A DNA stretch of 59,633 bases from a virus (Duplodnaviria > Caudoviricetes), in the IMG/VR virus record IMGVR_UViG_3300032318_000568, positions 1-59,633 of that record. One strand, given 5' to 3'. The notes below the pieces were generated by a model. That model was not told the origin of the DNA, did not search any database, and saw only the letters and a program-made list of their open reading frames with translations. The first letter of the stretch is position 1, and every line of letters starts with the position of its first letter. Of this stretch, positions 50,867 through 58,278 are shown one piece after another. Made by a program: the position numbers and the translations under genes.

Positions 50867-50867
50867 T

Positions 50868-51089
50868 ATGACGGTCGCTGAACAGCAGATGTATGGTATG
50901 TCGGTTGATGATATACAAAATCAGTTTGATTGGATGATACGTGGAATGGGTCATGCAATGACCGCAGTATCGGTCTTGTCAGATGCTCAAGAAGTTATGG
51001 CACGTGATCCTGAACGGGCACGTAAGTTTGTCAATATAGCCAAGTTCATTATGATTGAACAGATGAAACAACAGCAGAAGGCTGCATAA
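50868..51089 (+). CDS. Small hypothetical protein
   Basis: SD GGAG; VSVLSDAQE...ARKFVNIAKF. Confidence 0.65.
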   Translation: MTVAEQQMYGMSVDDIQNQFDWMIRGMGHAMTAVSVLSDAQEVMARDPERARKFVNIAKFIMIEQMKQQQKAA

Positions 51090-51090
51090 T

Positions 51091-51246
51091 ATGACATACA
51101 ATCAAATCAGTGACGCTCTAATTTTTCTAGAGAAAAACTGGTGTGTGGCATGTGAAAATAAAGAATATGGTTTGGCAGATGCTCTTTGGGAAAAGATAGT
51201 CAAACTTAGTAATATTCTGTATGAGATTGAGGAAAATATTAAATGA
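51091..51246 (+). CDS. Small hypothetical protein (51 aa), not in ORF track
   Basis: 1-nt gap upstream, ATGA overlap downstream. Confidence 0.5.
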   Translation: MTYNQISDALIFLEKNWCVACENKEYGLADALWEKIVKLSNILYEIEENIK

Positions 51247-51380
51247 ACGGTGTAATAGCATCTATTGTCGTTATCGTAATGTCGGCCCTCATCCTATTTG
51301 CCCTTCGGGATGATGGCAGTATGCAAGAATGTATGAAGGTTTATTCAGAGGCGACTTGTTACCACACTTTGGCACGCTAA
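51243..51380 (+). CDS. Small membrane protein (45 aa), not in ORF track
   Basis: SD GAGG; MNGVIASIVVIVMSALILFAL then two Cys. Confidence 0.55.
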   Translation: MNGVIASIVVIVMSALILFALRDDGSMQECMKVYSEATCYHTLAR

Positions 51381-51426
51381 ATATATGTGGTGAACTATTC
51401 GCTTATGGAAACAGAAGGAATAGCAC

Positions 51427-51912
51427 ATGAAGATTAGCGTTCGCGGTCAAAACGAAAAGTTGACAAAAGCAGAAATCAGAGACTATATAGAGTTTCTGTC
51501 CGATATGCTTATGTCACCCCGTCTCGTCAAGTTGCTAAAGATTAATATCAAGTGTGCGCCTTTGAAAAAAGTCAAGGGCTTCTGCATGTCCGTTGATGAT
51601 GGATATAATGTAAAACCTCGTGAGTTTCTGATTGAGTTGGACACAAAGCAGTCAAAGGCCAGCCAGTTGAAAACACTAGCTCACGAAATGGTGCATGTTA
51701 AGCAATATGCAAAGGGTGAGTTGGCTGATTTGAGCCGTCAAAATAAAGTCAGGTTCAATGAAAAGAAGTATAGCGCCAACAGCTTCTATTGGCTTCAACC
51801 ATGGGAAATCGAAGCGTATGGTTACGAATACGGCCTTTATCGTATGTATCGTGGCATCAAGAATTGGAAGCAGAATAAAAAGAAGTTTGCAGAAAAATAT
51901 ATTCTGTCTTGA
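51427..51912 (+). CDS. Putative zinc metallopeptidase
   Basis: TLAHEMVHVKQY (HExxH) and PWEIEAY. Confidence 0.75.
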   Translation: MKISVRGQNEKLTKAEIRDYIEFLSDMLMSPRLVKLLKINIKCAPLKKVKGFCMSVDDGYNVKPREFLIELDTKQSKASQLKTLAHEMVHVKQYAKGELADLSRQNKVRFNEKKYSANSFYWLQPWEIEAYGYEYGLYRMYRGIKNWKQNKKKFAEKYILS

Positions 51913-51957
51913 CAAATTGCCTGTTTGAGTATAATATATAGATAATGTCAGTGAGGT

Positions 51958-52173
51958 ATGATTATGCAGGATAAAGTCAGTTTAGTTCTCAATATCTTTT
52001 GGTATGCGAGTGTCGCATTCTTCATATATTTGGTTTTCTCATCGCTCTATGCCGCTGGTGTAGAATATGAGCGATTAGCAGGTCTTAAGGAAGTGTGTGA
52101 GGTGCAAGGTGGTCAGTTTTTTGCTGGTCAGTATGGTACTCATGTTTGCTTTCCTGAAAAGATGTTCAAGTAA
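51958..52173 (+). CDS. Small membrane protein
   Basis: One hydrophobic helix then C...GG...C. Confidence 0.55.
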   Translation: MIMQDKVSLVLNIFWYASVAFFIYLVFSSLYAAGVEYERLAGLKEVCEVQGGQFFAGQYGTHVCFPEKMFK

Positions 52174-52250
52174 GGTCTCATAGTTCAACTGGATAGAGCA
52201 TCCGCCTTCTAAGCGGGTTGTTGCAGGTTCGAATCCTGCTGAGACCGCCA
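52174..52250 (+). tRNA. tRNA-Arg(TCT)
   Basis: Cloverleaf, loop CTTCTAA, GTTCGAATC, CCA. Confidence 0.95.
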
Positions 52251-52333
52251 GTCCCCTTGGCGTAATAGGTAGCCGCGACGGGCTTAAAACTCGTTTCTTC
52301 GGAGTGCCAGTTCGAGTCTGGCAGGGGACACCA
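52251..52333 (+). tRNA. tRNA-Leu(TAA)
   Basis: Loop CTTAAAA, variable arm, CCA; abuts previous tRNA with no spacer. Confidence 0.92.
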
Positions 52334-52339
52334 AGTTTC

Positions 52340-52415
52340 GGAGGTGTAGCCAAGTGGTTAAGGCCCGCCGCTCATAACGGTGTTACCGCAGGTTCGAATC
52401 CTGCCGCCTCTACCA
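52340..52415 (+). tRNA. tRNA with CAT anticodon (Met or Ile2)
   Basis: Loop CTCATAA, GTTCGAATC, CCA. Confidence 0.9.
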
Positions 52416-52427
52416 AAACTGGAGTAT

Positions 52428-52976
52428 ATGATGTTTCGTATTCTGCTTGTGTTGTCTCTATTGATGACATATGGATATGTTAGATTGAATATGCTTAACA
52501 ATCAGAAATCATTTTCTGATTATGACTTGGTAGAAATATATGCATTAGGTATTATCATGCCTATCATTGCATATCCTTTTCTACCAGAAGTTGCTAAAGA
52601 ACATATAGGACTGATGACAGCAAATGGTAAAAATCAAATCGGCAACGGTAGTTTTTTTCTCAATTCAAAAGTTGTTAGTTCCGCTGTAAAACAATCTTGT
52701 TCGACAGGTAGCAATATAAAGTTAAAATGGACGCTTGACAAATATCAATTGAATAACTATACTGAGGCCAGAGTTGCTTTGGCATTAAATGATGGGACAG
52801 TGACTTGCACGAATAATAAACCCACTATAACAATCAATGTTGATTATCCTAAAAAAGCCAGAGCGGTCTTGTTGAGATATAGAAATATACCTGTTCTTGA
52901 AGTTGAAGAAGGTTTGTTTAATATCTTGGAAGAAAAAGGCTGGTATAAACCTTACAAATATATCTACGAGTTATAA
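52428..52976 (+). CDS. Hypothetical membrane protein
   Basis: SD GGAG; two hydrophobic segments near N-terminus. Confidence 0.6.
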   Translation: MMFRILLVLSLLMTYGYVRLNMLNNQKSFSDYDLVEIYALGIIMPIIAYPFLPEVAKEHIGLMTANGKNQIGNGSFFLNSKVVSSAVKQSCSTGSNIKLKWTLDKYQLNNYTEARVALALNDGTVTCTNNKPTITINVDYPKKARAVLLRYRNIPVLEVEEGLFNILEEKGWYKPYKYIYEL

Positions 52977-52977
52977 A

Positions 52978-53307
52978 ATGTCCGATTGGGGAAGTGAAGT
53001 TGAGAAAGAACGTAAGCGGAGAATATCCATTTCTCTTTATGCTTATGCTTATGAATATGAAAACGATAGTCTTGTTGATGATGCGACCTTTGATGAGTTA
53101 TCACGACAGATTAATCCGAATATGAAAACTGGACACGATGTATTAGATAAGTTCTTTGCAGAAGAGTTCGAACCCGACACAGGTATGTGGATACGAAAGC
53201 ATCCTGACTTACACGGTGTAAAGTTTCTATATGAAGCATACAGAACAGGGCAGTGGTTGAAATATACATTGAAAAAAATATCTAAACCACTTGACAATTC
53301 CCGATGA
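52978..53307 (+). CDS. Stand-alone protein resembling the N-terminal helical domain of NAD-dependent DNA ligase
   Basis: YAYAYEYENDSLVDDATFDELS resembles the YY..D.P.I.DAEYD.L pattern. Confidence 0.5.
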   Translation: MSDWGSEVEKERKRRISISLYAYAYEYENDSLVDDATFDELSRQINPNMKTGHDVLDKFFAEEFEPDTGMWIRKHPDLHGVKFLYEAYRTGQWLKYTLKKISKPLDNSR

Positions 53308-53321
53308 ATGTGTTATAAATA
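53291..53321 (+). promoter_or_regulatory. Overlapping sigma70 and T4-late promoter for leader/tRNA transcript
   Basis: TTGACA-N17-TATAAA(TA): the -10 box is also an exact TATAAATA. Confidence 0.85.
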
Positions 53322-53344
53322 GAATACAATAAAGAGGAAAACAA

Positions 53345-53437
53345 ATGACGACTTCGTGCCTTTATAATATTAGTGAGCCTAAAACACAACGTCACCCATC
53401 ATGGGCGGGCGATGTGTGGGGTTTTGTGACGATGTAA
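53345..53437 (+). CDS. Putative attenuator leader peptide MTTSCLYNISEPKTQRHPSWAGDVWGFVTM
   Basis: SD GAGG; 30 codons covering all 20 amino acids; 3' end overlaps antiterminator arm. Confidence 0.8.
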   Translation: MTTSCLYNISEPKTQRHPSWAGDVWGFVTM

Positions 53438-53469
53438 CACGAAGTTACATTTTAAGTTTACAAAACCTC
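53418..53469 (+). promoter_or_regulatory. Antiterminator hairpin
   Basis: GGGGTTTTGTGA (53418-53429) pairs with TTACAAAACCTC (53458-53469), enclosing GATGTAAC/GTTACATT. Confidence 0.75.
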
Positions 53470-53496
53470 GAAGCGAAAGTTTCGGGGTTTCTTTTT
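53463..53496 (+). terminator. Intrinsic terminator (attenuator) before tRNA array
   Basis: AAACCTCGAAGC-GAAA-GTTTCGGGGTTT then CTTTTT. Confidence 0.88.
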
Positions 53497-53524
53497 GGCT
53501 GATTGACATTGTTGGTTCCTTATT

Positions 53525-53601
<77 letters not shown>

Positions 53602-53604
53602 AGT

Positions 53605-53703
53605 TAAGATAAGACGGTAGTGATATGCGAAATCACAAGAACATTCCGGTAATCGCATGCCGGCATTAAGTATCTCACATAAATCTGAGAGCGTCTTATC
53701 TTA
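53605..53703 (+). ncRNA. Unassigned structured RNA, four-way junction with kissing loops
   Basis: 12-bp closing stem; three hairpins; loops ATGCGA and TCGCAT are complementary. Confidence 0.65.
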
Positions 53704-53710
53704 TTAGTTC

Positions 53711-53785
53711 GGGCCTTTGATGATAGTGGTAGCATGTCGCCCTTGCACGGCGAAAGCCAGAGTTCGATTCTCTGAAGGTCCACCA
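53711..53785 (+). tRNA. tRNA-Ala(TGC)
   Basis: G3:U70 pair, loop CTTGCAC, CCA. Confidence 0.93.
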
Positions 53786-53792
53786 AGTGTGA

Positions 53793-53875
53793 TTGTAGGT
53801 GACTCGTTGTGGAACCTTCAAAGAATTTTTGAGTTGATGGGTTGTAGGTGACCTGAGTGCGCTAGGGAACCTTCA
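53793..53875 (+). repeat. Tandem bipartite motif TTGTAGGTGAC...GGAACCTTCA, two copies
   Basis: 53793-53803 / 53811-53820 and 53842-53852 / 53866-53875. Confidence 0.75.
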
Positions 53876-53885
53876 CTAATTCAAT

Positions 53886-53970
53886 GTGAATGTGACCCGA
53901 GTGGCAAAGGGTAGGGGCTGTAAACCCCTCGTCTATGACTTCGTAGGTTCGAGTCCTACCGTTCACACCA
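53886..53970 (+). tRNA. tRNA-Tyr(GTA)
   Basis: Loop CTGTAAA, variable arm, CCA. Confidence 0.93.
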
Positions 53971-53977
53971 TTTTTAT

Positions 53978-54051
53978 TGTCCTATAGCTCAATGGGAGAG
54001 CAATCGCCTGATAAGCGGTAGACCTTGGATCGTAACCAAGTAGGACAACCA
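53978..54051 (+). tRNA. tRNA-Ile(GAT)
   Basis: Loop CTGATAA, CCA; atypical T-loop ATCGTAA. Confidence 0.85.
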
Positions 54052-54070
54052 GAAAAAATACTCTTTCGAT

Positions 54071-54078
54071 TATAAATA
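54071..54078 (+). promoter_or_regulatory. T4-type late promoter
   Basis: TATAAATA before HNH gene. Confidence 0.75.
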
Positions 54079-54108
54079 GGTGATAACCGATAATCTAAGG
54101 AGTAAAGA

Positions 54109-54438
54109 ATGCCTAATTATGAAAGAATAAAAGAATGGCGCAAAAACACAAAAATCAAACTCGTTGAAGGATTTGGTTCAAAGTGTGCTTGTTGTGGTAT
54201 AGAAGATGATGCTATCATCTATGATTTTCATCATCTAGAAGGAAAAGATTTTGGAATAGCATCTAAAATAACAAAATGGGAAAAATTGGTAGCCGAAGCA
54301 AAAAAATGCGTGTTACTATGTTCTCATTGTCACAGAAAAGTTCATTTCCGCAATTTGGAAATTACAAATCCAGTACCATTCAATGAAGATTTAATTCAAC
54401 ACCAAAAAAATAACAGGCACGGTTTTATTTCAAAATAA
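54109..54438 (+). CDS. Free-standing HNH endonuclease
   Basis: CACCG...YDFHHL...KCVLLCSHCHRKVH. Confidence 0.85.
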   Translation: MPNYERIKEWRKNTKIKLVEGFGSKCACCGIEDDAIIYDFHHLEGKDFGIASKITKWEKLVAEAKKCVLLCSHCHRKVHFRNLEITNPVPFNEDLIQHQKNNRHGFISK

Positions 54439-54453
54439 TGCCAACCATTTTAT

Positions 54454-54528
54454 TGGGGAATCGTCTAACAGGTAGGACATCTGACTTTGACTCAGCGAAC
54501 GGTGGTTCGAATCCATCTTCCCCAGCCA
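54454..54528 (+). tRNA. tRNA-Gln(TTG)
   Basis: U1:A72, loop CTTTGAC, GCCA end. Confidence 0.93.
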
Positions 54529-54532
54529 ATAT

Positions 54533-54608
54533 GGACCCATAGCTCAATAGGTAGAGCAAGCGGCTTTTAACCGAGAGGTTACAGGTTCAAATCCTGTTGG
54601 GTCTACCA
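54533..54608 (+). tRNA. tRNA-Lys(TTT)
   Basis: Loop CTTTTAA, CCA; anticodon stem has two mismatches. Confidence 0.88.
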
Positions 54609-54625
54609 ATTTATGGAGAAGCGAA

Positions 54626-55075
54626 ATGAATGATAGTTTTAAAGAAGTCCTTGATGCACTAAGAGAAGCATATGCAGAAGCAGATAAAGAAATGAAACAG
54701 TTAGCAGATGAATGTCCTAATGATGTAAAGATTGCTGTTACTGCATGGGCTATCAAACATATTGTCGACCATGCACAAGAAGGTGGTTCTTTTCGCACAT
54801 TGATTTATGACCGTTTTGGTTTTGGGCCAGAAGCATATGTACCACTTTATTCTGCTGGCGGTATGACTATCACAAATGAATTTGATATTGAACAAATGGA
54901 TGAAGTTAAGCGTATCGTAAAAGAAAATAAAATTGAAGCATTGAAAAAAGTTCTTTCTATGTGTGATGAACCCGAATGTTTCAATCAAGTTTCTTGTGGT
55001 TGGCCCACAGAAGATGGTGGTTATCGTAATACATGCAGCCATCATTATCATGGAAGATTAGTTAAGGACCGTTAG
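54626..55075 (+). CDS. Hypothetical protein
   Basis: SD GGAG; GGSFRTLIYDRFGFGPEAY, C-terminal Cys/His cluster. Confidence 0.7.
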   Translation: MNDSFKEVLDALREAYAEADKEMKQLADECPNDVKIAVTAWAIKHIVDHAQEGGSFRTLIYDRFGFGPEAYVPLYSAGGMTITNEFDIEQMDEVKRIVKENKIEALKKVLSMCDEPECFNQVSCGWPTEDGGYRNTCSHHYHGRLVKDR

Positions 55076-55141
55076 CTCAGTTGGTAGAGCAGGAGACTCT
55101 TAATCTCTTTGTCGGGGGTTCGAATCCCTCAGACGGTACCA
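55066..55141 (+). tRNA. tRNA-Lys(CTT) with aberrant acceptor stem
   Basis: Canonical D, anticodon (CTCTTAA) and T arms; acceptor pairs only 5 bp after a 2-nt bulge. Confidence 0.65.
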
Positions 55142-55156
55142 AATAAATAGAAAACT

Positions 55157-55230
55157 ATCAGTGTGGTGTAACGGTAGCACAAAGGTCTCCAAAACCTTTT
55201 GTCTGGGTTCGAATCCTAGCACTGATGCCA
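55157..55230 (+). tRNA. tRNA-Trp(CCA)
   Basis: Loop CTCCAAA, GCCA end. Confidence 0.93.
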
Positions 55231-55302
55231 TGAAATGAAGATATTTGTAAAGTTGAAATAAAAAGACTTGACAAATATGCGAATAAGTAGTAATATATAA
55301 AC

Positions 55303-55383
55303 ATGATGAGAAAGCGTCCTTCGGTATCATTCGCTCACTTTTTATACCCTAGGCTAATAGAGCATTGCTCCGCTTCTCATCAT
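55303..55383 (+). ncRNA. Unassigned structured RNA
   Basis: ATGATGAGAA(A)GCG / CGCTTCTCATCAT closing stem just after TTGACA-N17-TAATAT (55268-55296). Confidence 0.5.
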
Positions 55384-55393
55384 ACGAAATTAT

Positions 55394-55468
55394 TCCGTGG
55401 TGGCGCAGTGGTAGCGCAGTTGACTGTTAATCAATTGGTCGCTGGTTCGAATCCAGCCCACGGAGCCA
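55394..55468 (+). tRNA. tRNA-Asn(GTT)
   Basis: Loop CTGTTAA, GCCA end. Confidence 0.95.
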
Positions 55469-55536
55469 ATATATGATTCTCACGCCTCTCGTAGAAGCGC
55501 AACAGAGAATCGTAACATCGTTGAAAATTTGTAAAT

Positions 55537-55544
55537 TATAAATA
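55537..55544 (+). promoter_or_regulatory. T4-type late promoter
   Basis: TATAAATA before second HNH gene. Confidence 0.75.
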
Positions 55545-55575
55545 GAAGTATATGTAGTTTACAAAAGAGTTTATA

Positions 55576-56271
55576 ATGGATTATAAAAAGCACTATGAAT
55601 TATTGGTCATAAGAGCCAAATTTAGAAATATATCTGAGTATGCTGAGTCGCATCATATCATACCAAGATGTTTAGGTGGTGACGATAGTTCTGATAATTT
55701 AGTTGATTTAACACCTGAAGAACATTATTTGGCCCATCAGTTATTGGTCAAAATGTATCCAGACAATAAAAAACTGATACATGCGGCAATGATGATGATT
55801 CCTAAAAGACCGTCAAATAAACTATATGGATGGTTGAGAAGAAAGTTTTCGGCCATGCGAAGTGAGGATCAAAAAAATATAAATCTTGGTTCTAGATGGA
55901 TACATAATAAAGACTTAAAGAAGAATAAGAAAATAAAAAAAATCGAATCTTTACCTGAAGGTTGGAAAGAAGGTCGAATACAAAATTTTGAATTGTATAA
56001 TGTGAAATGTAAAACTTGCGGTTCAACTTTTGAAAGAAAAAAATTAGAGATATACTGTTCTGATATATGTAAAAAGAATGATAAGAATGGAAACATAAAA
56101 AAGATTGATGAAAATCTTGAAGATATGATTATATATTATCAGAATATCAAATCTATAGACAAGACACTGAAACATTTTGGTTTAGTAGGAGTTAGAGCTG
56201 GTAATGGTTACTTTTCCAGAATACTGAAAGAGAGAAACATTCCTGTTCGAAAAAGAAGAAATAGCATTTAG
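55576..56271 (+). CDS. Free-standing HNH homing endonuclease (T4 Mob-like)
   Basis: ESHHIIPRCLGGDDSSDNLVDLTPEEHYLAHQLL; PEGWKEGR; CxxC...CxxxC. Confidence 0.9.
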   Translation: MDYKKHYELLVIRAKFRNISEYAESHHIIPRCLGGDDSSDNLVDLTPEEHYLAHQLLVKMYPDNKKLIHAAMMMIPKRPSNKLYGWLRRKFSAMRSEDQKNINLGSRWIHNKDLKKNKKIKKIESLPEGWKEGRIQNFELYNVKCKTCGSTFERKKLEIYCSDICKKNDKNGNIKKIDENLEDMIIYYQNIKSIDKTLKHFGLVGVRAGNGYFSRILKERNIPVRKRRNSI

Positions 56272-56353
56272 CTGGATTGGCACAGTGGCGACTGCACCGC
56301 TTTTGTAAGGCGGGATACAAACATCGGGAGTTCGAGTCTCTCATCCAGCACCA
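56271..56353 (+). tRNA. tRNA-Thr(TGT) with long variable region
   Basis: G1-C72/C2-G71, loop TTTGTAA, 12-nt variable arm, CCA. Confidence 0.8.
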
Positions 56354-56359
56354 GTTTAT

Positions 56360-56443
56360 GGAGGTATGCGAGCAAGGTGCTCAAAGGCTCTTGAAAAGCC
56401 TGCCACCGCAAGGTTGATGGTTCGATTCCTTGTACCTCCGCCA
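56360..56443 (+). tRNA. tRNA-Ser(TGA)
   Basis: Loop CTTGAAA, variable arm, GCCA; weak T stem. Confidence 0.8.
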
Positions 56444-56447
56444 ATTT

Positions 56448-56522
56448 GCCCAAGTAGTTCATTGATAGAACGAATGTCTCATAAGCATTAGGTAGATGGT
56501 TTGATTCCATCCTTGGGCACCA
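56448..56522 (+). tRNA. tRNA with CAT anticodon (Met)
   Basis: Loop CTCATAA, CCA. Confidence 0.85.
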
Positions 56523-56529
56523 TACAGAT

Positions 56530-56537
56530 TATAAATA
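56530..56537 (+). promoter_or_regulatory. T4-type late promoter
   Basis: TATAAATA 5 nt before the ATG at 56543. Confidence 0.65.
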
Positions 56538-56542
56538 CATGC

Positions 56543-57292
56543 ATGAAGCAATATAAAACAGTATTCATATCAGACGTTCATTTAGGAACAAAAATGTCTC
56601 AGGCCAATTTATTGCTTGAGTTTCTAAAATCATTTGAATGTGAAAAACTGTATCTTGTTGGTGATATCATAGACGGCTGGTCACTCGGTCGTTCTTTTTA
56701 TTGGCCTCAAGACCATAATGATGTAATACAAAAGTTTCTACGCCGCGCCCGTAAAAATACTCGTGTCATTTATATTCCAGGCAATCACGATGAATTTTTA
56801 CGAGCATTCGGTGAACACCAATTTGGGAATGTCGAATTACTTAGAAACGACACCCACATTGGTGTTGACGGCAAAAAATATATCGTCATGCATGGGGACG
56901 AGTTTGATGCCGTCATTAATAATATAAAATGGCTCAGCCATCTTGGTGCATGGGCATATGATGTGTCAATAAGTCTCAACATAATCGTATCAAAGATAAG
57001 GTCTTGGTTTGGACTACCTTACTGGTCAGTCAGTGCATGGTTAAAGTATAAAGTCAAAGAAGCAGTTAACTTTATAGGCAACTATGAACAAAATCTATCA
57101 GCTTATGCTAAATCTAAAGAGGCGAATGGAATTATTTGTGGTCATATACATCATGCCAATATACGCAAGATTGATGATGTGGTTTATATGAATTGTGGTG
57201 ATTGGGTTGAATCTTGCACCGCACTAGTAGAACATCTAGACGGTACATGGGAAATAATAGTATGGAAAAACCAACAAAACTCTGCATCGTAA
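56543..57292 (+). CDS. PlcP-like phospholipase C / LpxH-family metallophosphoesterase
   Basis: FISDVHLG, LVGDIIDGW, PGNHDE, HGDEFD, CGHIHH, YMNCGDWVESCTALVE. Confidence 0.85.
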   Translation: MKQYKTVFISDVHLGTKMSQANLLLEFLKSFECEKLYLVGDIIDGWSLGRSFYWPQDHNDVIQKFLRRARKNTRVIYIPGNHDEFLRAFGEHQFGNVELLRNDTHIGVDGKKYIVMHGDEFDAVINNIKWLSHLGAWAYDVSISLNIIVSKIRSWFGLPYWSVSAWLKYKVKEAVNFIGNYEQNLSAYAKSKEANGIICGHIHHANIRKIDDVVYMNCGDWVESCTALVEHLDGTWEIIVWKNQQNSAS

Positions 57293-58278
57293 CAGATGCA
57301 TGGTTTCCTCAAATTAATGGTGTAGTAACAACTCTTGATAATATTGTCAAGCAAGCCAAAATCGATGGTTGGGAAGTTCTTGTTATACACCCATTGCTCT
57401 TCAAAACAATATCAGCACCAAAATATCCAGAAATCTTTCTTGCAATACCTTTTGGTATGATTAAGATGATTCGTGATTTTAATCCAGACCATCTTCATGT
57501 TGCGACAGAAGGACCACTCGGTCTGTTAGCAAGAATAGCATTCAGAAAAGAAGTTTATACAACTGCATATCATACTCAGTGGGATGATATTGCAAAAGAT
57601 ATATTACATATTCCAAAATGGATAACAAGAGCATATGTTCGTTGGTTTCACGAGCATGGTCAAGTTATGGTTACAACAAAATCTATTGCAGATTATCTAA
57701 TCAAGATTGGTGTTAAAGCAGAGATAAAATATCTGTCTCGTGGTGTAAATGTGGAAAAGATAATCGACCATAATACACATATCAAAAGAAGTGACAAACC
57801 TGTTCTGCTATCTGTTGGTCGAGTGTCGAAAGAAAAAAATCTTGAAGCATTCTGTGAGTTAGACCATACAAAGTTTGATTTGGTTCTTGTTGGTGATGGG
57901 CCAATACTAGAAGATTTGAAAAAGAAATATCCGCATGTAAGATTTACAGGTGCATTACATGGGCAGAAGTTAGCAAAAGAGTATCATAAAGCAGATTGTT
58001 TTGTCTTTACAAGCAGAAAAGATACATATGGTCTTGTCATCATAGAAGCGTTATGCAACGGAACTCCTGTAGCCGCTTATCCTGTTCAAGGTCCAATAGA
58101 TATCATTGATGATAATTTTGGTGCTGTGGATGACAACATATATAAAGCTATACAGAAAGCACTCTTGACAGACCGTGAAAAGTGCGCTAGTATAGCCAAA
58201 GATAAATTCAACTGGCGTTCGGTTTGGAAACAATTCAAGTCTAATCTTGTTGATTATGCGGAGGTAGCTCAGTGGTAG
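57262..58278 (+). CDS. GT4 glycosyltransferase, Agt-like glycolipid synthase
   Basis: IVTDAWFPQINGVVTTL, HVATEGPLG, AYHT, VGRVSKEKNL, DTYGLVIIEALCNGTPVAAYPVQGP. Confidence 0.85.
   Translation: MEKPTKLCIVTDAWFPQINGVVTTLDNIVKQAKIDGWEVLVIHPLLFKTISAPKYPEIFLAIPFGMIKMIRDFNPDHLHVATEGPLGLLARIAFRKEVYTTAYHTQWDDIAKDILHIPKWITRAYVRWFHEHGQVMVTTKSIADYLIKIGVKAEIKYLSRGVNVEKIIDHNTHIKRSDKPVLLSVGRVSKEKNLEAFCELDHTKFDLVLVGDGPILEDLKKKYPHVRFTGALHGQKLAKEYHKADCFVFTSRKDTYGLVIIEALCNGTPVAAYPVQGPIDIIDDNFGAVDDNIYKAIQKALLTDREKCASIAKDKFNWRSVWKQFKSNLVDYAEVAQW

Noticed and set aside
53503-53508. TTGACA after the attenuator terminator as an independent tRNA promoter
   Set aside because: The position 17 nt downstream is GGGGAG inside tRNA-Pro; no -10 element
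53605-53703. Hammerhead ribozyme call based on CTGAGAG and CGAAA
   Set aside because: The CUGANGA and GAAA core elements are not in the required arrangement; left unassigned
56271-56353. Reading this tRNA as Tyr(GTA) because of its long variable arm
   Set aside because: The 5-bp stem CCGCT/GGCGG centres TGT in a 7-nt loop, and the acceptor has Thr-type G1-C72/C2-G71
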